Part shown: positions 37,730-46,626 of the stretch, piece after piece
Layout of the letters: the number at the start of each line of letters is the position of its first letter
Position numbering within the stretch: the first letter of the stretch is position 1
Assembly (NCBI GenBank): GCA_027365175.1
Contig: DAHXNY010000001.1
Coordinates: 51,052-115,051 of the forward strand
From: Candidatus Micrarchaeota archaeon
Lineage (GTDB): Archaea; Micrarchaeota; Micrarchaeia; Micrarchaeales; CABMGC01
Direction: 5' to 3'
Length of the DNA stretch: 64,000 bases
The notes under the pieces: model-generated
Database searches by the model: none
The model's input: only the letters and a program-made list of their open reading frames with translations
Told to the model about the DNA's origin: nothing
Program-made: the position numbers and the translations under genes

Positions 37730-38905
37730 TCACTCCAAATCAGAAAGCAGCTTTTTTATACTAACAAATTTTATATGACATCCAACTTCTTTTAAATCCG
37801 ATTCTTCCCCTTCCCAGAACACAATATATGCAGTCTTTGGATTGTAGGAATTTATGAACGCACGCATTCCCTTACTCAGAGTTCCGGGAGCTGCTTTTGT
37901 CTTTACTTCGATAGGTATCGCCCCGTCTCTTCCTTGTACTACAAAATCTACTTCTGCCCCTCCTTTCGTATGCCAGTACCTGACCTCCTTATCAGCCTTT
38001 ATAAGCTCCGATAGAACATAATTCTCAAAGAGCTTTCCCTTATTTTCATGGCTTACTTGAAACTCTTTCGCTATCACGTTCCTTATGCCCGTGTCGATAA
38101 AATATAACTTTGGTTGTTTTACTATCTCCTTTAGTTTATTTTTATAAAACGGGTGTATTCTGACTATGAGATAGCTTTTTTCCATCGCATCGAGGTATTT
38201 TTTGACTGATTGGAACGATATGCTTAATTCTTTGCAGATGCTGTCGTAGGATAAAATGTTGCCGATGCAGTGCGATAAGTAGATTGAAAGCCGCTCTAGG
38301 CTGTCTATATCGTCTATTTTAAACGTCCTGGCGATATCTTTTAATACCATGGTTTCATACAAATCTCTGAGGAGAGACTCCTTGCCGGAATTTTCTTTGG
38401 TCAGGACGACTTTTGGGTATCCGCCGTAGATCATGTGCTCTTCAATAAGACGATAAAGAATCTTCTTGGTTGTTTCTTTTTGCTCCTTCGCAGATAAGAA
38501 TTCGTTTAGGGAGAACTGAAAAAGTTTTATTACCGAAACTCTACCAACCAGCCATCCGAGCACATCTTTGCCCAACAGGATTTGGGATGAAGACGTGAGC
38601 CATATCTTTTCCCCCTTGTCTGCAAGGTACTTTAATTTCCTGCCTGGATCATTCCCGTATTGCACTTCGTCTAGTATAGTTGTGCGTTCAGCCGAAATAT
38701 ACTGGTTTTCGAACCTTTTTATGTCCGAATCAAAAAGCTCCTTTACATCGGGATCATCAAAGAACAGGTAGCGCGCCTTTGTTGCTTCTCCCTGTACCTT
38801 AAGGAATGTCGTTTTGCCTGCTTGCCTTGGCCCGACCACTGCCAAAATGGCATTTAGTTTGGATGCATTGATGAATTCCCTGGTTATTTTCCGTTCCACA
38901 TACAT
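37730..38905 (-). CDS. AAA ATPase fused to a DUF4143/PD-(D/E)xK nuclease-like domain (COG1373-type)
   Basis: Walker A GPRQAGKTT and a Walker B-like LFFDD. The C-terminal region GGAEVDFVV...IPIEVK is typical of the restriction-endonuclease fold. Confidence 0.8.
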   Translation of the reverse strand: MYVERKITREFINASKLNAILAVVGPRQAGKTTFLKVQGEATKARYLFFDDPDVKELFDSDIKRFENQYISAERTTILDEVQYGNDPGRKLKYLADKGEKIWLTSSSQILLGKDVLGWLVGRVSVIKLFQFSLNEFLSAKEQKETTKKILYRLIEEHMIYGGYPKVVLTKENSGKESLLRDLYETMVLKDIARTFKIDDIDSLERLSIYLSHCIGNILSYDSICKELSISFQSVKKYLDAMEKSYLIVRIHPFYKNKLKEIVKQPKLYFIDTGIRNVIAKEFQVSHENKGKLFENYVLSELIKADKEVRYWHTKGGAEVDFVVQGRDGAIPIEVKTKAAPGTLSKGMRAFINSYNPKTAYIVFWEGEESDLKEVGCHIKFVSIKKLLSDLE

Positions 38906-39009
38906 GATTATATTATAGCTCTAGCCATTTAAATATCTTTCTACTAAAATTAAACAATAGTTAAACTTTAGTACAACTATGATTGTACTCTGGTTCAGTA
39001 ATAGTAGAA

Positions 39010-39084
39010 TGCTCCCATCGGGATTTGAACCCGAGTTGCAGGGTTGAAAGCCCCGCGTCCTTGGCCGGACTAGACGATAGGAGC
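39010..39084 (-). tRNA. tRNA-Glu(UUC)
   Basis: Hand-folded: acceptor GCTCCTA/TGGGAGC, anticodon arm CGGGG-CTTTCAA-CCCTG, T arm TCGGG-TTCAAAT-CCCGA. 75 nt, no intron. Confidence 0.9.
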
Positions 39085-39138
39085 ATCTTTTATATCTTCC
39101 TGAAAAGTTATTTTAACCCTTGTTGATTATTAATAGTA

Positions 39139-39792
39139 GTGGTTCTTTTGATCGTATGTATAGAGGGAGTAGACGGCTCTGGGAAGAGCACGCAGGCGGA
39201 ACTGCTAGCAACGCGTTTCCGCTCTGAAGGTAAGAACGTCCTTCTCCTCTCTTATCCTGATTATGAATCCGATACTGGAAAGAAGATAAAAGAGTATCTG
39301 CACGGAACCGAACCCGTTGAGGTTAAGTCGCTGTTTAAGATGTATCTTGACGATATAGTAAAGGACGAGGATAAGATAAAGGAAGCGGATAAGAAAGGGA
39401 TTGTAATACTTAGCAGATACTATACCTCTACAATAGCATACCAGTGCGCACAAGGCTATAACTATAGTGAGGCAAAGCGCAAGGTTCTGAATTCAGGCTT
39501 GCCGGTGCCTGACATGATGGTGTATCTCGGGGTGTCTGCACAGGAATCCATGTACAGGAAGATGAAGGGCGGATTTGTGCTTGACAGGCATGAAAGGAAT
39601 GTGTTTTTAATTGAAGATGTTTTAAAGGTTTACCGGAGGGAGATGGAGGAGGAGTTTCCTGGGAATAAGAAATGGATTGCAATAAACGGTTCCAGAGGTA
39701 TTGAGGAGATTCAGAAGCAGATATGGGAAGAGGTATCCAAAGTTGCTGCTAAGAGTGAGAGTAAGGCCGCAGGGAAAAAATTAAGGACATGA
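39139..39792 (+). CDS. tmk: thymidylate kinase
   Basis: P-loop IEGVDGSGKST and a DRY-like SRYYTS. GTG start, or possibly the TTG a few codons in. Confidence 0.85.
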   Translation: MVLLIVCIEGVDGSGKSTQAELLATRFRSEGKNVLLLSYPDYESDTGKKIKEYLHGTEPVEVKSLFKMYLDDIVKDEDKIKEADKKGIVILSRYYTSTIAYQCAQGYNYSEAKRKVLNSGLPVPDMMVYLGVSAQESMYRKMKGGFVLDRHERNVFLIEDVLKVYRREMEEEFPGNKKWIAINGSRGIEEIQKQIWEEVSKVAAKSESKAAGKKLRT

Positions 39793-39806
39793 TATTTGGT
39801 GATTTT

Positions 39807-40346
39807 ATGATACTGTCAGACTACGATTTGGACAATATAATAAGGGCGAAGAGACTTGTGATAGACCCATTTGAAAAGGATACTATAAGGGAGAACGGAG
39901 TGGATTTGAGGCTGTCTGACGAGATAGCGGTTAGGAACCCGGAGCTGACTAAAGAGACGATATTCGACCCTACCAACGAGGAGCATGTGAAGAACGAGTA
40001 TGTGCTGAAGAAAGGCAAGGAGCTCATAATACCTGCACACTCGATGGTGCTGATGTCTACAAAGGAGTATCTCTCAATGCCGAACAACCTTATGGGTTTT
40101 GTGGAGATAAGGAGCACGTGGGCAAGACATGGTCTCTCCATGCCGCCTACGATAATAGATGCCGGATTCAGGGGAACGGTTACGCTTGAGGTGATAAACA
40201 ATGCACCTCACGCGATCCTTTTGAAACAGGATATGAGGTTTGCGCACGTCATATTTGCTACGACTCTGAATGAGGTTACAAATGCGTACAAAGGAAGTTA
40301 CCTGGAGCAGAGAGGCATAAAGTTTCCTAAGCCTATAAAGGAATAA
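39807..40346 (+). CDS. dcd: dCTP deaminase (dUTPase superfamily)
   Basis: Begins MILSDYDL..LVIDPF..NGVDLRL. ATG 39807 is preceded by GGTGA-N4. The ORF track start 39789 is less likely. Confidence 0.85.
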   Translation: MILSDYDLDNIIRAKRLVIDPFEKDTIRENGVDLRLSDEIAVRNPELTKETIFDPTNEEHVKNEYVLKKGKELIIPAHSMVLMSTKEYLSMPNNLMGFVEIRSTWARHGLSMPPTIIDAGFRGTVTLEVINNAPHAILLKQDMRFAHVIFATTLNEVTNAYKGSYLEQRGIKFPKPIKE

Positions 40347-40394
40347 AAAGTAAAATTAGAAATTAAAATAAAAAGGGGAAAAGAAATAATCAGT

Positions 40395-40673
40395 TTACCT
40401 GTAAAGGTCTTCCTGCTCTTCCCTTGTAGCATCGTTTGCGCTCTGCGAAGCAGATCCTACCAGAACCACGTCTCCGACGTTCTTTACGTTCTTGTAGAGT
40501 ATGCTCTTCTTCTTCAGTGCCGACTTTACGTCGCTCTTCAGATTCTTCCAAGGGGACATAAGAAGCCTGCTTACCTCTCCCTTTTCCAAGTCCAATATTA
40601 CGTCTTGAACCTCTCCAAGGTACTGCCCATTGTCGCTGTATATATCCATTCTGTATATTTCAGATATTCTCAT
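40395..40673 (-). CDS. PRC-barrel domain protein
   Basis: The pattern IYSDNGQYLGEVQDVILDLEKGEVSRLLM is typical of small archaeal PRC-barrel proteins. Confidence 0.7.
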   Translation of the reverse strand: MRISEIYRMDIYSDNGQYLGEVQDVILDLEKGEVSRLLMSPWKNLKSDVKSALKKKSILYKNVKNVGDVVLVGSASQSANDATREEQEDLYR

Positions 40674-40745
40674 CCAATCGCCTTGATATATAGAAAGGTA
40701 AAGAATTTATAAATCTTATTAGATTTCGGGGTTACTGGAAGCGTA

Positions 40746-41900
40746 TCATGGCTGCATCCAATCTATCTCATAATAGTCGTTTTTGCTGCCTTTAAGGCGA
40801 ATCTGCCTTACCTTGTAGTACGTGACTGCAGTCTCCCTATCGGCTATGGCAAGTATCAGCTCGAGGCCCTTCCTGCTTGCGCTCTTTATGGCTCCGGATA
40901 TCTCGCTCCCGCCTATGTGCTCATCCTCGCTGAGAGAGAGCATGGCATATCTTGGTGCTCCGTTGGACGGGTTCTCTGCCTCCCCTCCCCTCCTGTGATA
41001 CAGGATATAGTCTACAGCAATATTGTTCGCCCTTGCTGATCCTGGTATTGCGAGTATGAAGGTCTTCCTTACGGAATGCGCAACCCTTATCGCCCTTGCC
41101 CATTCCGATATAAGCATCTTGGCATCCTTTGGAAATACCTGTATGACATGCTTTGAGTGCGTCCATCCGTTCGTAGTGTTTGTAGGTTTTGCCCCGGGGA
41201 AATAGACCCTGAAGTGGGTGCCGAACTTGAACCCTGTCTTTATCACATAGCCCTTCTCCCTCCAGTCCTTGTATACCGAATAGAGTTTTAGGAAGTCTTT
41301 CCTTCCGGCATTCCCGTTGTCTATCAGCTCCGCACGCGTTGCGTTATTTATGTTTACTGTCCTGCTCTCTGTAAGGAATAATGCCTCGAATATATCTATC
41401 TTGTTTAGCTTTCCCCTCTCAGAGGCTTTGTATGAGCCGTATTGGCCTATCCAGTAATTGTCGTACAGCTCTTTTCCCTTTTCATTGTCCTTAAGTATTG
41501 TTATGAGGTCTGTCTTGAAGAAGGTGCCGCTTATCCCTATTGCCTTTATCTTTAGCTTTGACCCCGGATACTCCTTTATCTTTGCCTTTGCGCGTTTGGC
41601 ATATTTGAAATCAGGCTCCTTTATTATTAGCCCCCGGTCCCTCCAGTCCTTGTAAGTAAGATATCGGGCTATGAACTTGCGGTTGTTCCAGAACCTTGAG
41701 ATAGAGTCGTTGAATGAGATAATTTTGCCTGCTTTTGTGCACTCCGCGTTGCGCAGTTCCATTAGATAAAGCGCTTCCACATTTGAAAGGACAAGGGTCT
41801 TCTTTTCCTGCTTCCCGAAGAACCCTTTCTTCAGTATGTCCTTGGTGGATTGGTCCTTGACTGTGAATCTTCCGCCTGGAGAGCTATCGATCTTGAGCAT
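40746..41900 (-). CDS. endA: tRNA-splicing endonuclease, three-unit single-chain (epsilon2/ARMAN type)
   Basis: The EndA N-subdomain plus linker occurs twice (EALYLMELRNA..YLTYKDWRDRGLIIK and FEALFLTESR..YSVYKDWREKGYVIKTGFKFGTHFRVY). A catalytic HSKHVIQV follows, then a third C-terminal-like unit (RYAMLSLSE..RKGLELILAIADRETAVTYYKV). 384 aa. Confidence 0.8.
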   Translation of the reverse strand: MLKIDSSPGGRFTVKDQSTKDILKKGFFGKQEKKTLVLSNVEALYLMELRNAECTKAGKIISFNDSISRFWNNRKFIARYLTYKDWRDRGLIIKEPDFKYAKRAKAKIKEYPGSKLKIKAIGISGTFFKTDLITILKDNEKGKELYDNYWIGQYGSYKASERGKLNKIDIFEALFLTESRTVNINNATRAELIDNGNAGRKDFLKLYSVYKDWREKGYVIKTGFKFGTHFRVYFPGAKPTNTTNGWTHSKHVIQVFPKDAKMLISEWARAIRVAHSVRKTFILAIPGSARANNIAVDYILYHRRGGEAENPSNGAPRYAMLSLSEDEHIGGSEISGAIKSASRKGLELILAIADRETAVTYYKVRQIRLKGSKNDYYEIDWMQP

Positions 41901-41916
41901 CTATACACGGTAGCAT

Positions 41917-42993
41917 ATGCCCAATAAGATTTATGTGTATTTGCATGTATTAATATCATGTCTGGAGAGATTGATGGCTACCGGTGCGCTTGACCTGAAA
42001 ACGATACAGAAGATGCAGAAGGAGACGCAGTTCAGGGAGAGGATACGGAAGATGCGTTACAGTATCTTCTTGTTGATAGCGTTAAGTTTTGCGGTTTTCA
42101 TAGCCATAGCTGTGCTTGCGGTGTTGAATGAAGGGCTTGATGCCTTCGTTGGAAGCATACTGAGGATTGATTGGTGGTATTTCGGTGCAGCCCTGCTTGC
42201 GGTGTTTGCAAGTTATGCGATAAGGTTTCCTAAATGGCAGATGTATCTCAACCAACTCAAGGTAAGGCTGAACCTTAGGACGAGCTTCATGATATACATG
42301 TCGATGTACTCAATGGACATTACTCCGGGGAGATGGGGCAGGGCGGTTGTCGCATTCACGATAAACAGGATAACCGGAGCGAAATTTGGCAGGACCTTCC
42401 CTGCGATAGTGGCTGATAACTTTACGGATTTTCTTGGCTTTGTCATCGTAGCTGCAGTGGTGGTTTTCTTTGTCAATAAGTATGTATTGTTTTCTGTTAT
42501 TCTGATTGTGCTGATGCTGCTGCCATTCGTATTTCTTTATATGGAACGGCCTTTCAAGTACCTGAAATCAAAACTGGACAGGATAAAGAGGCTTGACAGC
42601 TTCTTCTCCGTAGGCCTGATGTATTTCAGGAGAAAGAGGATGCTTAGCAGGAATGCCTATATATTTTCGCTTATAGTCACGATACCTTCAGTGATACTTA
42701 TAGGCCTTGCGCTTTATTTTGTCATACTTGGGTTCGGGGTGCACCTTAGCCCAGCATATCTGCCTACTATAATATTCATTTACTGCTTCTCAACCATGCT
42801 TGGCATGGTTACAGGAGTTCCAGGCACATTGGGGGTTACTGATGCAGCATTGCTTACCTATCTTACTGCGATGCTTCCGATTGGCTTCGGTCTTGTGGCA
42901 GGTATAACCATAATGTTCAGGATAGCGACAATTTGGTTCGTGGAACTTCTGGGATTTGGCAGCCTTGTGCCGACATTCAAGTACTGGAAGTAG
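41917..42993 (+). CDS. membrane protein, flippase-like/LPG-synthase-TM (UPF0104) family (tentative)
   Basis: About 8 TM helices. The true start may be the internal Met (MATGALDL) at 41974. Confidence 0.5.
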   Translation: MPNKIYVYLHVLISCLERLMATGALDLKTIQKMQKETQFRERIRKMRYSIFLLIALSFAVFIAIAVLAVLNEGLDAFVGSILRIDWWYFGAALLAVFASYAIRFPKWQMYLNQLKVRLNLRTSFMIYMSMYSMDITPGRWGRAVVAFTINRITGAKFGRTFPAIVADNFTDFLGFVIVAAVVVFFVNKYVLFSVILIVLMLLPFVFLYMERPFKYLKSKLDRIKRLDSFFSVGLMYFRRKRMLSRNAYIFSLIVTIPSVILIGLALYFVILGFGVHLSPAYLPTIIFIYCFSTMLGMVTGVPGTLGVTDAALLTYLTAMLPIGFGLVAGITIMFRIATIWFVELLGFGSLVPTFKYWK

Positions 42994-43741
42994 AGTGGAT
43001 CTCTACAGCACGCTTCTCTGCAAAACTCATATCAGAAGGGATTGCAAGGCATGCAGACCGTATATTCCCGTTTTTTGGAAGCTCTGCTATCTCTCTTAAT
43101 GAAGCATATGCTATTCGCCGTTCCTTCCTCCCTATGTCTGCCATGAATACTGCCTTTGTGTCCTGATCCACTACTCCTTTTCCTGCTTCCAGGAGCGTAG
43201 GCATTGCTTCTGAAGCATCTATGGATACTCCCTTCTCCTCAGTGACGTCGAATAGGACAAGAGTGTGCTGCTTGTTCTCAAGGTTCTTCCTGATTACGTT
43301 TATGAAAGAGGTGGGTTTGTACTTTTCAGATACTCTTGGGATAGTGGCAGTAGGACCGAATTTATATATGTCAAGGCCGCTCTCCCCTATTGCTGCAGTG
43401 AATATCGATGCTGCATGGATTACAGACACGCCTGCTCCCTGTCTCTTGGCTTCCTCTATTATTATGTGATGGGTGGTTGCAACAAGGGGATCTCCTGGAA
43501 AGAGTATCGCTATGCTGCCTTCCTTTGCCGTTGAGATGGTATCCTTTACATGGTCCTCAAGGTCTGCCCTGCTTATCTTCCTTGGTTCTTTGCCCGCAAG
43601 CAGGGCTATTTCATTTATGTACTCTTGGGTTATGCTTGCAGTATAGCCTTCGTAGAGGATAGATGATGCCTTTCTTAGGCACTCTATGGCTTTTATCGAA
43701 AGGTCTCCTGAATCGAGGCCGAGGCCTATCATATAGAGCAT
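42977..43741 (-). CDS. dphB: diphthine synthase
   Basis: Begins MLYMIGLGL..DLSIKAIE, with GDPLVATTH. Tetrapyrrole-methylase fold pattern. Confidence 0.9.
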   Translation of the reverse strand: MLYMIGLGLDSGDLSIKAIECLRKASSILYEGYTASITQEYINEIALLAGKEPRKISRADLEDHVKDTISTAKEGSIAILFPGDPLVATTHHIIIEEAKRQGAGVSVIHAASIFTAAIGESGLDIYKFGPTATIPRVSEKYKPTSFINVIRKNLENKQHTLVLFDVTEEKGVSIDASEAMPTLLEAGKGVVDQDTKAVFMADIGRKERRIAYASLREIAELPKNGNIRSACLAIPSDMSFAEKRAVEIHSTSST

Positions 43742-43762
43742 GAAATCAACCGTTATGCAGAA

Positions 43763-44713
43763 TCATCCGGATATGCCGTTTGGAGTTATCTTTATGACTG
43801 CCTCTCCTTCAGGCATGCTTGGCGAGTCGACCAGCTTTACAATGCGCTTCTCCTCCTTTGACTTCCTCATGTATAGCCTTGTGGTTGCCGCATGGGCCAC
43901 TATATTGCCGCCTACAGGGGTCGTTGGGTCGCCAAATAGTATTCCCGGGTTGTCCATTACCTGATTCGTTATGTAGACTGCAAGGCCGTGGGTATCCGCT
44001 AGCTGCTGGAGCTTGTGGATGTGCTGGTTGAGCTTCTGCTGCCTCTCTCCTAGGGAACCTCTTCCCAGGTACTCTGCCCTGAACAGCGCCATGAGCGAGT
44101 CAACGATTATGAGCTTGATGTTCTTCTCCTTTATGAGTTTGTCTGCACGCTCTGCGGCAAGGACCTGCTGGTCTGAGGTATGCGCACGCACTACAAAGAT
44201 GTTCTCAAGGGTCTTCTGCGGGTCTAGGCCTGCATTCTTTGCAAGCGCCTCTATCCTCTCTGGCCTGAAGGTGCCTTCTGTGTCTATGAATAGGACGGTT
44301 CCGTCAAGGCCTCCTTCGGATACAGGAAGCTGGACGTTTACCGCTAGCTGGAAGCCGATCTGGGTCTTCCCTGCCGCGAACTTTCCATAAGCTTCGGTTA
44401 TAGCGCTGGTCTCAACTCCTCCGCCCAGCAGGTCATTCAGATCCTTGGCACCTGTTGTTATCTTGCCAAGTATCTTCCTCTTATCATAAATAGCAGAGCC
44501 GGTGTCGTATTCAAGGGTGGTGGCCTGCTTTGCAGCGTCTATGGCCTTCTTTGCATTCTCGACGCTAAGGTTTACAAGGTCTGAAAGTTCGTGAGGCGCC
44601 GCTGTAGCTATCTTCTCTATGCTGTCGTACCCAAGCTCCTTGAGCTTCTCCGAAATAGTAGGCCCTATGCCAGGAAGGTCGCCGAGATCCTTTATGCCTT
44701 TTTCCTTTGCCAT
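43763..44713 (-). CDS. radA: DNA repair and recombination protein RadA
   Basis: N-terminal HhH (LPGIGPTISEKL), Walker A GKFAAGKTQ and Walker B IKLIIVDS. Confidence 0.95.
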   Translation of the reverse strand: MAKEKGIKDLGDLPGIGPTISEKLKELGYDSIEKIATAAPHELSDLVNLSVENAKKAIDAAKQATTLEYDTGSAIYDKRKILGKITTGAKDLNDLLGGGVETSAITEAYGKFAAGKTQIGFQLAVNVQLPVSEGGLDGTVLFIDTEGTFRPERIEALAKNAGLDPQKTLENIFVVRAHTSDQQVLAAERADKLIKEKNIKLIIVDSLMALFRAEYLGRGSLGERQQKLNQHIHKLQQLADTHGLAVYITNQVMDNPGILFGDPTTPVGGNIVAHAATTRLYMRKSKEEKRIVKLVDSPSMPEGEAVIKITPNGISG

Positions 44714-44957
44714 ATAAACTCCCCAGATTTTTGTAGATAGGAAGCTGCTTATGCCCCGATATAACAGGGGATTAGCGTTCCCAATATTAAATAAGATACA
44801 TTAATATATAATAAGGAGTGTGTAAAAAAAGAAAAGATAGTTGAATATAGTAGGAAGAGGCCAGCAGCGTTTTCACGTGCTGGCAAGGCGACCAGTTACT
44901 CCTCCTCTGATAAAGAACTCGTACTGTAGAGCTCGTTTTAAAGATTTAAAAATCTTT

Positions 44958-44970
44958 CTGAATAGTGGAA
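44958..44970 (+). repeat. 13-nt partial copy (ctgaatagtggaa) of the 19-mer motif found at 1810 and 50640
   Basis: Exact 13-mer shared with 50639-50651. It lies between an atttaaaaat TATA-like element (44943-44952) and ATG 44979. Confidence 0.5.
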
Positions 44971-44978
44971 TAGAGTAT

Positions 44979-45638
44979 ATGGTGAACTTCCTTACCCTTG
45001 ATGGAAAGGCTGCGGTCCTTGCAGTGCTTATAGGTGTACTCATAGTGCTGTTCGGAGGGGCTTACGGCTTGTTCTTCCTTGCAGTAATAGTACTCTTCCT
45101 TGCCTTTTCCGCCATCGTTACTAATGTCGGCATAGGGATGAAGAAGAGGATAAAGGTGTATGAGGCCAAGAGAGGCTGGAAGAATGTTGTCGCAAACGGC
45201 ATAATACCTCTCGTAATAGTCATCCTTTACTGGCACTTCGGGAGCCTGGTGCCGGATCCGACAGTGTTTGTAGTGGCATATGTGGCAAGCGTGGCAGGAA
45301 CCACCGCTGACAAGTTCGCAAGCGAACTGGGAGTGCTTGGAGAAACGCCGGTATCCATAATCACGTTCAGGAAGGTGAAGAAAGGGGTATCTGGAGGAGT
45401 TACAGTCTTCGGTACGGTTTCAAGCCTCATAGGGGCCGCACTTATAGGATTCTCAGGCATGGCGATCGGTCTGCCTCCTGCCTATTTGGTAATAATAGCT
45501 GTTGCCGGGCTGCTCGGGTCTGTTGTAGACTCGGTTGCAGGCCATTTTGAGGAGAATGGAATAGGCAATAAGTATACCTCCAACATACTCTGCGCCATAG
45601 CGGCTGCGCTGATAGCTTATGCGGTCATCGCTTTGTGA
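44979..45638 (+). CDS. DUF92/TMEM19-family integral membrane protein
   Basis: Polytopic, with a GTTADKFASELG motif. I prefer ATG 44979 (MVNFLTLDG) to the ORF-track start 44841, which would read through a promoter-like region. Confidence 0.6.
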   Translation: MVNFLTLDGKAAVLAVLIGVLIVLFGGAYGLFFLAVIVLFLAFSAIVTNVGIGMKKRIKVYEAKRGWKNVVANGIIPLVIVILYWHFGSLVPDPTVFVVAYVASVAGTTADKFASELGVLGETPVSIITFRKVKKGVSGGVTVFGTVSSLIGAALIGFSGMAIGLPPAYLVIIAVAGLLGSVVDSVAGHFEENGIGNKYTSNILCAIAAALIAYAVIAL

Positions 45639-46536
45639 AGGTGAGCCAGTGCGCAAATTCGGGGTCTTTTCCCGATACTATCTCTGTGAACCTGTCCTGT
45701 ATGATCTTTGTAATAGGGCCAGGCTTTCCATTGCCTATCTTCATCTTGTCTACAGAGATTATAGGAGTTATCTCGGCTGCAGTCCCTGAAAAGAAAAGCT
45801 CGTCGGCTATGAAAAGCTCCTCCCTGTGTACAAGCCTCTCTTCCACAGTTAGGCCTGTGCTCTCTGCTATCTTCAGTACCGAATCCCTTGTTATTCCAAG
45901 CAGTATGTCGGACTCTTTTGAAGGAGTTAGCAGTTCATTGTCTTCTACAAGGAAGATGTTTTCTCCAGGCCCTTCTGCCACCCAGCCGTTTGTGGATAGC
46001 ATTATCGCCTCTTCGGCTCCTGAGTTCTTTGCTTCTTTTGAAGCCATTACCGATGTTGCATAATTGCCGCTCAGCTTTGCCTGCGGAGGCAGTATCTGCG
46101 AGTTTATCCTGTGCATGGATGAGATCTTGCAGGTTATGCCCTTGTCCTTGTCTCCGAAGTAGCTGCCGAACGGCACGGCTATTATGGCAACGCTTATCTT
46201 CTTCCCCTCGGTATCAAGGCCTATCTTCGGATCATTGTAGAATCCAAACGGGCGTATGTAGCATGATGCCAGCTTGTTCTTTTCCACTATCTCGATTATG
46301 GCTCTCTCCAGCTCCTTCTGGCTGCAAGGCAGATGCATTCCTGCAATCTTTGCCGACCTTACGAATCTTGCAGCGTGATCGTTTAACCTGAATACTGCAG
46401 GACCCTTTGCAGTAGGATATGCCCGTATGCCTTCGAATATGCCGCTCCCGTACTGAAGTGAATGCGTAGAGATAGGCACGACAGCCTTTTCCGAGTCTAT
46501 GAACCTTCCATCCAACCATACGTAACTTTTAGCCAT
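45625..46536 (-). CDS. ilvE: branched-chain amino acid aminotransferase (class IV)
   Basis: Fold-type IV pattern: WLDGRF..HSLQYGSGIFEGIRAY, and EAKNSGAEEAIML. ATG 46536 is preferred over TTG 46563 because a TATA-like atatttaaacc element sits only ~20 nt upstream of the TTG. Confidence 0.9.
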   Translation of the reverse strand: MAKSYVWLDGRFIDSEKAVVPISTHSLQYGSGIFEGIRAYPTAKGPAVFRLNDHAARFVRSAKIAGMHLPCSQKELERAIIEIVEKNKLASCYIRPFGFYNDPKIGLDTEGKKISVAIIAVPFGSYFGDKDKGITCKISSMHRINSQILPPQAKLSGNYATSVMASKEAKNSGAEEAIMLSTNGWVAEGPGENIFLVEDNELLTPSKESDILLGITRDSVLKIAESTGLTVEERLVHREELFIADELFFSGTAAEITPIISVDKMKIGNGKPGPITKIIQDRFTEIVSGKDPEFAHWLTFTKR

Positions 46537-46626
46537 AATACCATCTTTTCGATTAAGAACCAATTAATATTCTTGGTTCAGGTTTAAATATTTGTCCGCT
46601 TCAGTCAGTAATAGGGTTATGTTTTC

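Noticed and set aside
44860-44884. 7-bp-stem hairpin GCCAGCA-N11-TGCTGGC as a possible sRNA or terminator.
   Set aside because: It is an isolated short hairpin with no U-tract and no flanking conserved boxes. It lies upstream of both divergent genes rather than downstream, so the evidence is insufficient.
44841-44978. ORF-track N-terminal extension of the DUF92 gene (MNIVGRGQQRFHVLARR...).
   Set aside because: The extension reads through a hairpin, a TATA-like element and the 13-mer box. The hydrophobic DUF92 body starts cleanly at ATG 44979.
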